Part shown: one piece after another, positions 14,125 through 25,609 of the stretch
Position numbering within the stretch: position 1 is the first letter of the stretch
Layout of the letters: each line of letters opens with the position of its first letter
Assembly (NCBI RefSeq): GCF_000143415.4
Contig: NW_003314267.1
Coordinates: 3,393,137 to 3,457,136 of the forward strand
Direction of reading: 5' to 3'
Length of the DNA: 64,000 nt
From: Selaginella moellendorffii
Taxonomy: Eukaryota; Plantae; Lycopodiophyta
Made by a program: the position numbers and the translations under genes
Notes under the pieces: generated by a model
Databases searched by the model: none
What the model saw: the letters and a program-made list of their open reading frames with translations, nothing else
What the model was told of the DNA's origin: nothing

Positions 14125-14175
14125 GCAACCTTGGCGTTATTAGCACCACGCTCTGACCAGCTGAGATAATAGGCC
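14125..14175 (-). pseudogene. 3'-truncated tRNA-Ile(AAT) relic
   Basis: Minus strand reads GGCCTATTATCTCAGCTGGTCAGAGCGTGGTGCTAATAACGCCAAGGTTGC, then no T loop or 3' acceptor strand. Confidence 0.75.
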
Positions 14176-14765
14176 TCTTACAGAAAATTGTCTTCCTTGA
14201 ACCGCTGGAAATCAAATCGACTTTCTAGCGAAGCTGGATGGCAGAAACGTTGGCGACTCGCGTTTGGACGAGAGCTGGATCGTCTCTTGGAGATGTCTCG
14301 GTCGCTGCCGCTTAAATGCTTATAAGAAAGAAGCCTTGGTTTTTAGAACTTTCCTTGAGAGAACGATGGTTTTCGGGCCATCATTTCTACTTTACTTCCA
14401 TTCTGCGGAAAAATATCTCACCACTCGTATACAACAGTTGACGACGTGCGTACTTTTCCCTGAGACTGAGAAAAAAATAAGATTGGTCAGTTGCGACAAA
14501 TCACACAAGAGAATGGTAGCTTTCACCTCTAGTATTGGAAGCTTTTGAAGGCGGTGTGCGTGCTTCTCCCTGCCATCTCGTCCCTAGTGTATAAGTCAAT
14601 AAATAATACGTAACTAAAGACCAGAGGGATTACAACACCTTAATTCCTACGTTCGTGTTAAGCGACACTCCATCCATTGGAAACTCCATCGTCCGTTTTG
14701 TCATCCTGCCGGACAAAAGCGCTTTAAAAAGAGTTCGCAGATTCGCAGATTCACTCACCACAGAC

Positions 14766-17691
14766 ATGGACTCCTCCCACGGAGCCATCCTCGTCGCGTG
14801 CTTGCTACTGGCAGCGGTTGCAAACCAAAGTGATGCTTATTTCCACACCGGCGATGGCGGGATCCAAGGTGCCAGAAGCGAGCTGAGAGCTGGAAACAAG
14901 CAGGCAAGTTTAAGATGACTCGTAAGAAAGTAGAAACTTATTACCTTTCGTTTTTTTCTTTAATCATTCCAGAAATATGTTGTATACACCGGAGGGAAGA
15001 GAGAGGATGTGGATCCTGCAACAGTTGTTTCATCGCTCGCGAGCATGCTTGCAGGAATCGTCGGAAGCGACGATGAAGCCACAGCTTCTATGGGATTCAC
15101 CTACAAGAAGGCGTTCACAGGATTCTCAGCATGGCTTACTGAAGACCAGGCCGAAACTCTTTCAGGTGATGAATCAAATTTACCTCGAGTGAAGCTCTCA
15201 TTGGTTTGACGTGTTGCAAAACAGCTACTCCGGGCGTTGTCAAGGTCTTCCCAAACAGAATGCTGCAACTCCAGACAACGCACTCGTGGGATTTCGTTGG
15301 AACGCCGAACGTAACAGTTCCTTCCAAGAATGAATCCAAAACGCTGCCCGCAGCAGCTGATGTTATCGTTGGAGTTCTAGACACAGGTAATCAATCAGCT
15401 TAAGTCGGCCATGATATCTTTTCAAACGCTTACTTGTGAGCTATAAATCAACAGGTGTCTGGCCCGAATCCAAGAGCTTTTCCGATGCTGGGATGAGCGA
15501 AGTACCAGCGCGATGGAAAGGAACCTGTGACAACAAAGGCGTCACCAATGCATCAGTGATCATCAACTGCAACAAGTAAAAGAAAAGTTCAAGCTCACCT
15601 TTTTCAAAAAAAGATCTATAACGTGTTCATCAGGAAGTTGATTGGAGCTCGCAACTACTTGACCGATGGCGAGTTCAAAAACGCGAGGGACGACGCCGGG
15701 CACGGAACACACACAACTTCCACCATCGGCGGAGCTCTCGTTCCTCAAGTGAGTGAGTTTGGACTGGGAGCCGGAACAGCGAGAGGAGGATTTCCAGGTG
15801 CCAGAGTCGCAATGTACAGAGTTTGTTCCGAAGCAGGTTGTGCCAGCGACGCCATCCTTGCTGCATTCGACGATGCCATCGATGACGGCGTAGATATCTT
15901 ATCGTTGTCTCTCGGAGGATTACCTTTAGCTTATGACGAGGACCCCATTGCGATCGGTTCGTTCCACGCCATAGAAAGGAAAATCTTGGTATCATGCGCG
16001 GGAGGAAACTCCGGGCCGGCTGCATCCTCTGTGTCCAATGGTGCACCTTGGATTCTCACGGTCGCTGCAAGCACTATAGACAGACATTTTTCAGTAGACA
16101 TCAAACTCGGCAACGATAAAACTCTACAGGTAAGAAAGAACTCTCTTTTGTCTTAAGCAAGATCATGCCTTTTTGTCTTTCACAGGGCACAGCTCTCAAC
16201 TTCGAGAACATCACATCCGCTTCTTTGATCTTGGGTAAAGATGCAAGCTTAAGTTCTGCAAATTCCACACAAGCAAGGTTACGTAGTGTCTTCTTTCTTG
16301 AAAGTAAACTGACATTTTACCTCCACAGTCTTTGTCTTGTGACGGTTCTGGATCCGGCAAAAGTAAAAGGAAAGATTATTGTGTGCGAATTTGATCCTTT
16401 GGTGATCCCGACAATCATACTCTTAAAAAGCCTCAACAACTGGGGAGCTGCTGGAGTGATCCTCGGGAATGATGTGATCGCGGATATAGTACGATACTTC
16501 CCTCTGCCAGGAGCTTTCATCAAGAAAGCAGCGTTGAAAGATCTGCTTGCCTACACGAGTTCAAGGTGCTTGTTTAGTACGATCCTTATGAACCATGAGA
16601 AACTAACGTTGCAAAAACGCCTTGCAGCAACTCGACAGCAGCCACGATTTTTCCAACCAAAACAGTCCTCGATGTTGAACCTGCACCCACAGTCGCTGGC
16701 TTTTCATCAAGAGGACCTCACATAGAAAACCTGGACATTCTCAAGGTATATATACGTACCTCACCCCTCGGTTTCTTTTGGTAACAGTTTTTGCTTTTGG
16801 CAGCCCGATATCACCGCACCGGGTGTAAATATTTTAGCAGCATGGTCCGCCGCAGTACCAGTCTTCCTCGAAGATTTAGACGCCACTAAGCCCGTGTTCT
16901 CCGACTTTAACATCATTTCTGGAACGTCCATGGCATGCCCTCACGCTACTGGAGCTGCGGCGTATGTCAAGTCGATCCATCCTGACTGGAGTCCAGCGGC
17001 AATCAAGTCAGCACTAATGACCACAGGTAAATCAAAGGGAAAAAAAAAACAAGAGAGAAAAAAAATTCATACCTCAGTGCGTGATCTTCTTCCAGCAAAA
17101 AGAAAAATTTCCATACCTCGAGGCTGTTCTAAACTGTGTGATCTTCTTCTTCTTCCAGCGAAATCCGTTGACAACGAAAAGAAGCCTTTGAAAGACTTTG
17201 ATGGAAGCGACGCAACTCCATTCGCGTTTGGAGCCGGCCAGATAAGTCCTCTCGACGCGGCAAATCCAGGACTCGTCTATGACACCAGCGTGGAGGAGTA
17301 TCTCCTCCATCTCTGCGCGAGTGGATACAACGCCACGCAAATCGCCGTGATCTCTGGTCGCACCGTAAGGTGTCCCGAATCGCCTGGAGCACCAAAGTTA
17401 AACTATCCGTCAGTGACAATCCCGGAGCTCAAGAACCAGACCAGCGTGGTAAGAACAGTGACCAATGTAGGAGCTCCAAAATCCGTGTACCGAGCAATCG
17501 GATCCCCGCCTCTCGGAATCGAGCTGATCGTATCGCCTGGAACGCTGGCGTTCAATGCCACCGGACAGAAGATCGCCTACACCCTGACGTTCGTACCTCT
17601 TCAAAATCTATCCAAGAAATGGGCATTTGGAGAGCTCATCTGGACGAGCGATTCCATTTCCGTGAGAAGCCCTCTTGCTGTGAAGGGCTGA
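14766..17691 (+). CDS. Subtilisin-like serine protease (S8A: signal peptide, I9 prodomain, PA, FnIII)
   Basis: Signal peptide MDSSHGAILVACLLLAAVANQSDA. Catalytic motifs VGVLDTG, HGTHT and SGTSMACPH. First intron is GC-AG (14904-14972). Confidence 0.95.
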
Positions 17692-17861
17692 AGAACCCTA
17701 AAGATTTTCCCCCTCTAAATTTGACGGCTGAGATTGTCCGATCTCGACGGCTGAGATTTAAAGTGACGTTTTGCTCTGAATGGTCCAGATTTCAAGGCAT
17801 TTCGAATATGCTGTTATACAAAATCTTTAAAATCGCGCGAAGGAAGTTAAAGAGAAGCGTT

Positions 17862-20652
17862 TTAGGCCGCAGCGACTGTTTGAGCTTTGGAGGTGATTTG
17901 CGTTTGGACATGCTGTGGCACGATCTCGAATTTGGAGAGCTGCATCGAGTAGCTTGCTCGTCCCTTTGTCATTCCTCGGAGATTACTCACGTACTGGAAC
18001 ATCTCCGCCAGTGGAACAAACGCATCCACAACCTGGAACCAAAGCAAACCGAGCTTAGATTCACTCTCACCAGAGAAGAAAAGCTATGAAGCGAAAGATT
18101 CGTGAGAAGAACCAGCCTTACCTTCAAGCCACCGGGCTTCTCTCCCAAGCTGTTGATCTGGCCTCTCCTCGAGTTTAAGTCTCCGATCACGTCTCCCATA
18201 TGCTCCTCCGGCGTCACCACTTCCACCTTCATCACTGGTTCCAGAAGCTTGGGCCCCGCTTTGGGAATCCCCTCCCTGAAAGCTCCTCGAGCTGCGAGCT
18301 GGAACGCCAGGATACTGGAGTCGACGTCGTGGTAAGAGCCATCGACCAAGGTTGCTCGAAAGTCCACCACCGGGTAGCCTGCTAGGATCCCGTTGCTGAT
18401 GCTGTCCTCGAGGCCTTTCACCACCCCCGGAACGTATTCCTTGGGAACGGTTCCACCTTTGATCTCGCTCTTGAATTCGTATCCGCTGCCAGGCTCCAGT
18501 GGCTCGAACTTAATCACAACCTCTGCGAACTGGCCTTGTCCTCCTGACTGTTTCTTGTGTACGTACTTCACCTCAGTTGGCTTGGAGATACTCTCGCGAT
18601 AGTTCACTTGTGGAGCACCCACGTTAGCTTCCACCTGAATCAGAAAAGACTTTAGAACCACAATCTTGTAGCGAATTCACGAAGCAAACCTTGAACTCCC
18701 GTTTCAGCCTGTCAACGATGATTTCCAGATGGAGCTCTCCCATGCCTTCGATGACTGTTTGGTTTGTTTCGTCGTCTCTGGAGAAATGGAACGACGGATC
18801 CTCTTGCGCAAGCTTGATAAGGCCAGTTGACATCTTGTCGACATCAGCCTTCGTCTTTGGTTCTATTGCCACCTTGATGACGGGATCAGGGAAGTCCATT
18901 CTTTCCAGGATCACTGGCTTCTCTGGATCACACAGCGTCTCCCCTGTGATCGTGTCCTTCAAACCAGCGAGAGCTACGATGTCTCCAGTCACTGCAACCT
19001 TGACATCTTCCCGTGAGTTTGCGTGCATCTGGAGCAGACGCCCGATCCTCTCCTTCTTGTTCTTGTTCGCATTGAGGGCGTAAGATCCGGCCGTGAGAAC
19101 GCCGGAGTAGACCCGCATGAACGTCAGTGCTCCAACAAAAGGATCTGTCATCACCTTGAAGGCCAGCCCCGAGAATGGTTCTTTGTCACATGGTTTTCGC
19201 TCGAGAACGACCTCCGGATCGTCCATGTCAGTCCCTTTGATCGAAGGCAACTCCACTGGGGAAGGAAGAAACTCTATCACCGCATCCAGCAGAGGCTGCA
19301 CACCTTTGTTCTTGAATGCCGATCCGCAAAGAACTGGGACAAAGCTGTTTGAGATCGTTCCCTGCCGTATAAGTCTCTTGATGGTTGCTTCATCCGGCTC
19401 CACTCCTTCCAAGTACTGCTCCATAACTTCACCGTCTTGTTCCACCACCAGCTCGACAAGCTGTGCCCTGTAATCTTTCGCGTCCTTTGCCAAGTTGTCG
19501 GGAATCTCCTCGTAGCTAAACTTCGCACCTAGCTGTTCTCCGCTCCACAAAATAGCCTTCATGGTAATCAAATCGACCACCCCTTTGAATGTATCCTCTG
19601 CTCCTATCGGAAGCTGTAGTACCAGCGGTTTGGCTCCTAAGTTGCTGACGATCATGTCCCTCGTCCGGAAAAAATTGGCTCCCATCCTATCCATCTTATT
19701 TACAAAGCAGATCCTCGGCACCCCGTATTTGTCAGCCTGCCTCCACACGGTCTCTGACTGTGGCTCCACACCGGCAACGCTGTCGAAGAGGCAAATAGCC
19801 CCGTCCAAAACTCTGAGAGCTCGTTCCACCTCAAGAGTAAAGTCTACGTGCCCCGGAGTGTCAATGATGTTGATCCGATGGTTCTTCCACACGGCGGTTG
19901 TGGCAGCGGAAGTTATAGTAATGCCTCGTTCTCTTTCCTGTTCCATCCAGTCCATGGTCGCATTTCCTTCGTGAACTTCGCCGATCTTGTAGTTCTTGCC
20001 GGTGTAGTAAAGAATGCGCTCGGTTGTTGTAGTCTTGCCAGCGTCGATGTGAGCCATGATTCCAATGTTTCGGTAGTCCTCGAGTGGAAACTGTCGTGTA
20101 TCTGTGTGAGAAAATAAATTGGATTGTAGGCAACCAGAAAAAGTATGAAGTGTATGAAAAGAAAAAATTTCTTGATAGAAGCAAGCAAAAAAAAAAAAAA
20201 CTGTGGAACATTCTTTTCGTGCTATAGCTACGTAAATTTGCAAGAACACAAAGAAAATTCTTCGTGATAGAGGATATGACTATGATGCTCGCGTAAAATC
20301 TATAAACCAAGATGCCAATGAATTGCAACTCATAGCACGACCGACCATATCCAAAGGAACCAAGAAAAATCTCGATGACAAAAATCCATAGCTAGCTATG
20401 TAGAATCACAAAAGACTTACCGGAATCAGCCGCCATACACACAATCCCACGCCTCGCAGCATTGCAAGCCCGCGCATTCTTGGCCGCGCCATTCTGCCCT
20501 GAAAATCTGAGCCCTGGAAAGCCCCGGAGGGCCACAAACGGCGCTCTCGATTTGGCGCCGCAGCATAATCTCGCTTGCGAGCTCCCGGCGACGGATGAGC
20601 AAGATGGGGACTTCGCTGCTGGAAGAGTAGCGGCCGCTTGCGCCATCGCCAT
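17862..20652 (-). CDS. fusA: Plastid translation elongation factor G
   Basis: [40 protein letters not shown]. An Ala/Ser/Arg-rich transit-peptide exon lies at 20652-20421. Confidence 0.96.
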
Positions 20653-20792
20653 TGCCGCCTCGCTTATTCCCACACTGGCCCAATACGCTGGGAATGGATA
20701 TAAAGGTATGGTTTTAAACCATATAGTGCGAGAAAATATAAATCGATTTATTGTGGTACATTGTGGATCTTCGCGGGTGGGTTGACGTTCGT

Positions 20793-20946
20793 CCACGTGG
20801 ACGCTTGGAAGCCGATAAGAGAAGAGTGGGAGCTCGCAAGATTTGAGACGAGGACTTCCACGCTCCCGGACGCCAGACTCGGAGTAAAATCGCGTTAGTT
20901 ACACGCGTCGCTTGTCGAGCCACGTGTTGACACGCGTCGAGCCAAT
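20793..20946 (+). promoter_or_regulatory. ABRE/G-box and CE3-like cluster upstream of the LEA gene
   Basis: CCACGTGG at 20793, ACACGCGTC at 20901 and 20930, CCACGTGT at 20920, CCAAT at 20942. Confidence 0.6.
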
Positions 20947-21375
20947 AGACTTACAAGAAACCATACATTAGGGCAAGTTATTTCCTCACACAAGAGATTT
21001 GAAGAAGGCGGAGCTTTGGAAGCGCTAGAAGAGGTATGTTTTCTACTCGATCGCGATTCTTTCATTCTTCTTGGCCTTGGATAGCAAATGCGTGCTTAAT
21101 CGCATTCTTGTGAGTAGTTCTTGGAATTAATTTGTGTGTTCTAAGATGTAGAAATGCTTGGGGGGTGTTTAGCTTGATTCTTTTGCTGATCTAATCTGTC
21201 GGTCTATTTGCTGCTTGAATCGCTTTAGCTATGGAAAGCCTGCCTTTTAGTCACTTATCTCTTGTTTTAGAGCATTTTCTCACAACTAAGTACTTACAGG
21301 TTAAGGAAAAATCCTTTTTTTTTCTCTCTTTCAACCCACAACGCACCAACAATCTAACTTCCAACGTGAAAAAAA

Positions 21376-22268
21376 ATGAGCCAAGACCAGATGCAGCGAC
21401 CAGTGACTTATGGAGACATTTTCAACGTTTCGGGAGAGATGGGTAAGCAGGCCATCACTTCCGAGGACGCGTCCTTGATGCAAAGCGCCGAGACTCAGGC
21501 TTTCGGTCAGACGCAGAAGCACGGCGCGGCATCGCTCATGCAAGCCGCGGCCGATCACAACGTGAAGACTGGAGCTCTTTCACCCGACGCTCACAGCCCG
21601 GTAGCAGACATCGGTGTGACTGTCCGAGAGACCGTCGTTCCTGGTGCCGCCATTGACACGGAGTTTGTAGCAAACGTTCCAGTCACCGGTGTGGTTCGTC
21701 CGTTGCCTACTGCTCCAGAGGTTGCTTCCGCCAATGCCGTCACCATTGGAGAGGTGAGAAAGTTCATAGAGTTCTCCATTTTTCTCTCGGTTTTCTTCCT
21801 GTGCTCTAGCTAAAGTTGCTCTGAGCAGGCTTTAGAGGCCGCAGCGCTGGGAGCAATCGACCAGCCGATCGAGCATAGCGACGCTTGCGCCATCCAGAGC
21901 GCCGAGACACGAGCAACTGGAGCTCCCGTGACGAGCAAGGGAGGTTTGTCTTCCACGGCACAGTCGGCCGCGGAACTTAATCCTCGGGTGGACGACTTTG
22001 CGAAGACAACCATTGGAGATCTCCTCACGGTAATCCTTATTCGTTGCTTCTCCCCGTTTCACTTGTTCCTTTTTTGTTTTGCCAGGATGCTACGACTTAT
22101 CTTGCAACGGACAAAGTTGTAACGCAGGAGGACGCGATCAAAGTGATCGAAGCGGAAGCTCGTCACACTCCCACGGGATTGCCTCGTCCGGGAGGAGTAG
22201 GAGCAGCTATGCAGACCGCAGCCGATTTGAACGAACGAGCCGGACTTCTTCCGCCTTCGATTGTCTGA
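21376..22268 (+). CDS. LEA protein of the SMP/D-34 family (3 coding exons)
   Basis: PVTYGDIFNVSGE, DASLMQSAE, VTIGEALEA, AIQSAETRATG, PGGVGAAMQTAADLN. Confidence 0.92.
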
Positions 22269-22410
22269 GATCGAGAGATTCTCTCCAAGTAAGCTTGCTG
22301 TGTATACGAGAGTGTATGTGTGAGGAAAGTGAGAACAGGAGAGGAGAGGAAGAAGAGATAACTGTTCATATATGTAGTTTCTAGATGTACTATCAAGCAG
22401 AAGAAGATTG

Positions 22411-22737
22411 TCACTCGAGCTTCGTCCCTCCCGATTTCCTAGGAAATCTGAGCCTCAGTTTCCTCGATGAGAGTCGCCAGTTGAGAGGAACTTGCGTGAC
22501 TTTCTCCGCGCCGGTTGCTGTTTCCTCTTCCAAGCTCTCTTCAAAGTTTTCTTCGAAGTTCTTTAGATCTGGAGACCTTGGAACTGAGATGGATGAGAAA
22601 ACTCACTAAACTTTACCTTGCTTGGGTTGGGAAGAAGAAGCGTTGCTCGCTCCGTAGAGAATGAGCAAACACAGGATCAAAAGCAGTGGAATGAGATGCA
22701 AGGCTTTGATCCTCCTGCTGCTAGCCATGCTCGACAT
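22411..22737 (-). CDS. Putative small secreted peptide precursor (~92 aa, 2 exons)
   Basis: Hydrophobic N-terminus LHLIPLLLILCLLILYGASNA. A GT-AG intron at 22616-22569 joins in frame to DLKNFEENFEESLEEE...SSRKLRLRFPRKSGGTKLE*. Confidence 0.55.
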
Positions 22738-22999
22738 TTCCTGTTTTACTAGAGCTTTGGTCGTGGAAGGAGGAAGAGGAGGCCTTGGAGGCCTCGAAGC
22801 ACTGGCCATTCTCATAAAAAACTCTAGCTTTCCTAGAACGAAACACCAGACTCCTCCACACAGTCACGGCCGTTGCAAGCTTATGTAACATTCACGTAAG
22901 AAACTCTAAACAATGAGAAATAGTATACAAAGTTTTTGGAATCTGTGGCACTACTCGCAAAGGTATCGTTTTTGTGGAGACAAACAATGTTGGCGCTCC

Positions 23000-25609
23000 A
23001 TGGCGCGCTCGCGAATGGGAACTCTTCCACGCGCTGGAGCTCATTCCCGGCAAAGAACCATCCTCAAGCCACACGTAAGTGATCAATCCAAGCTCTTGGA
23101 GACTTTAGTTTGCAAAGCCCTTGAATTTCTTCGCAGGGACGAGAATCCAAGTCGCAGCGAAGAAAAACAATGGCGATGGAGAAACCCAGTGTAAGATGTC
23201 AAAATTCTTTCTTCTCTGGAATTTGTCTTCTCGTGGTTTTTTCTTTGTTCTTCTTCTCCAGCTAACAGCTTTGGCGTGATCGGAGACCTCCTCGCAAAAT
23301 GGACCGAGAAGTGGAGTTCACAAAAAGCAGAGAAACAATTTCCCGTGGCTCGAGCAGACGTGAGAGCCATCGCTGGAGAGCCATTTTTCGTGCCGCTCTA
23401 CAACTTGTACATCCAGCATGGTGGGATTTTCAGGCTCTCGTTTGGGCCAAAGGTACTTCGAAAAAGTCTGTCTATGATTCCATGGCTCTCAACTTGTTCT
23501 TTCAGTCTTTTATCATCGTCTCCGACCCGCAAGTCACGAAACACGTTCTCAAGGACAATGCAAAGTCCTACTCCAAGGTCCGAGCGTTCGATCTTTTTCT
23601 TTTTTACTCTGTTCTCTTGTCTTTGCGTAAGATCCATAGCTCATTCTCAAAGTTACAGGGAATCTTGGCAGAAATCCTCAAGTTCGTCATGGGAACCGGA
23701 CTTATTCCTGCTGATGGAGAAATCTGGCGAGCGCGAAGAAGAGCGATAGTTCCATCGTTGCATCGAAAGGTATACCGATATCCCTTCTCAAAGGTGTTCA
23801 AGCTCACGTTTTCATTCTACGCAGTACGTGGAGAAAATGATAGAACTGTTTGGAAGAGCAAGCTTGAGGCTCTGTGACAAGCTTGATGCAGCAGCAAGCA
23901 AGGAAATCTCGGCCGAGATGGAGTCACTCTTCTCGAGATTGACGCTCGATATCATTGGAAAGGCAGTGTTTAACTACGAGTTTGATTCTTTGTCTACAGA
24001 CACGGGGATAGTAGAGGTACGATTCCTTACATTTGTTGTTCTTGACACTTACACCATTTTTCTTCTTTTGTTCTTCTTTCTTGTGATGACTAAAACTTTT
24101 GATCTTGCGTGTAGGCAGTGTACACTCTTTTGCGAGAGGCCGAAGCTCGAAGCACTGCTGTAATTCCTTACTGGAATTTACCATTTGCTACGAGCATTTT
24201 CCCGAGACAGAAGAAAGTAGCAGTGGCATTGACGCTGGTGAACAAAAGCCTGGACGAATTGATCTCGACTTGCAAGGTTTGCCAGTCGATTGGTTATATG
24301 GTTTGCTTGTTCTCAATCCTCTGTGTAGAGTCTGGTAGATCAAGAGGACGATCTCTTCCATGAAGAGTATGTGAGCGATCGGGACCCAAGTATCTTACAC
24401 TTTCTTCTAGTGTCAGGAGAGGAAGTGAGCATTCTTTGATCGTTACTTAGAGTTTGTAGTAACAAAACTGATGGAGTTCCATCAGGTTTCTAGCCAGCAG
24501 CTACGAGACGACTTGATGACAATGCTGATTGCGGGTCATGAAACTTCTGCCGCGGTTTTAACTTGGACACTACATCTTCTAATCCAGGTGAGCTACCTTC
24601 GTCTTTTACAAGAGGAAGACGATGGAAAAAAAAAAGAAAAAAGCCCAGGAGAGAAAAAGAATCTAACTGATGAGATGAAATGTGTTAAAAGAATCCAGCA
24701 GCCATGACAAAGCTTCAAGCCGAGGTAGAATTCTTCTATCTTTCCAAAGTTTAGACTACAAGTTCTTCAAATTTTCAGGTTGATGCTGTTCTAGGGGACA
24801 AATGCCCGACTCTGGAGAATTTGAAGCATCTCAAGTTCACAAAACGAGTCATTAACGAGGTAAGTTACTATCCATTGCTTTCAACGTTAGCAAAAAACTT
24901 CCTTTTTCTCTGGCAGTCCTTGCGGCTTTACCCGCAGCCTCCAGTGTTGATAAGAAGATCACTCCAGGACGATGTACTCGCAGGCTATCCACTTAAAAGG
25001 TTTTCCAAACACTCCCTCGTTATCTCTTGCTCATACTTCTCAACTTCATCCATGTTTGCGTGTAGAGGAGAGGACATTTTCATATCTCTATGGAACTTGC
25101 ATCGCTCTCCATCGCTATGGGAGCACTCTCACGAGTTTAGACCCGAGAGGTGGCCTCTGGATGGGCCAGATCCAAACGAAGTCACAGAGAATTTCAAGTA
25201 AGATAAAGTATTGTGAAGTTCGCTTCTTGGATCAAGCCATTCGGTTTTCTCAGGTACTTGCCGTTTGGAGGCGGCCCTCGCAAGTGTGTTGGTGATATGT
25301 TTGCCACATTCGAGGTAAAACTGATCACTGCCTCTTTAACTTCTTAATGAAAATCCGTGTGCTTTGCTCTAGACTGTCACGGCAGTAGCGATGCTTGTTC
25401 GTCGTTTTGATTTCAAGCTGGCCCAAGGAGCTCCACCAGTGAAGATTTCTCCTTTTTTTCTCTTTTGCTCAGATGATTCAACTAACGTTTCTTCATAGGT
25501 GGGAATGACTACCGGAGCAACCATTCACACCACCGCAGGTCTCCATGTAGCCGTGACAAAAAGGATCGCTACTCCCAGTGTCCAGAAAATTAAACAACTC
25601 CAAAGTTGA
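23000..25609 (+). CDS. CYP97A: Cytochrome P450 CYP97A, carotenoid beta-ring hydroxylase (LUT5-like)
   Basis: [66 protein letters not shown]. Many short introns; 5' exon structure is less certain. Confidence 0.92.

Noticed and set aside
17370-18089. 239-aa ORF bridging the subtilase and EF-G ends
   Set aside because: Alternative frame/antisense of two well-supported genes.
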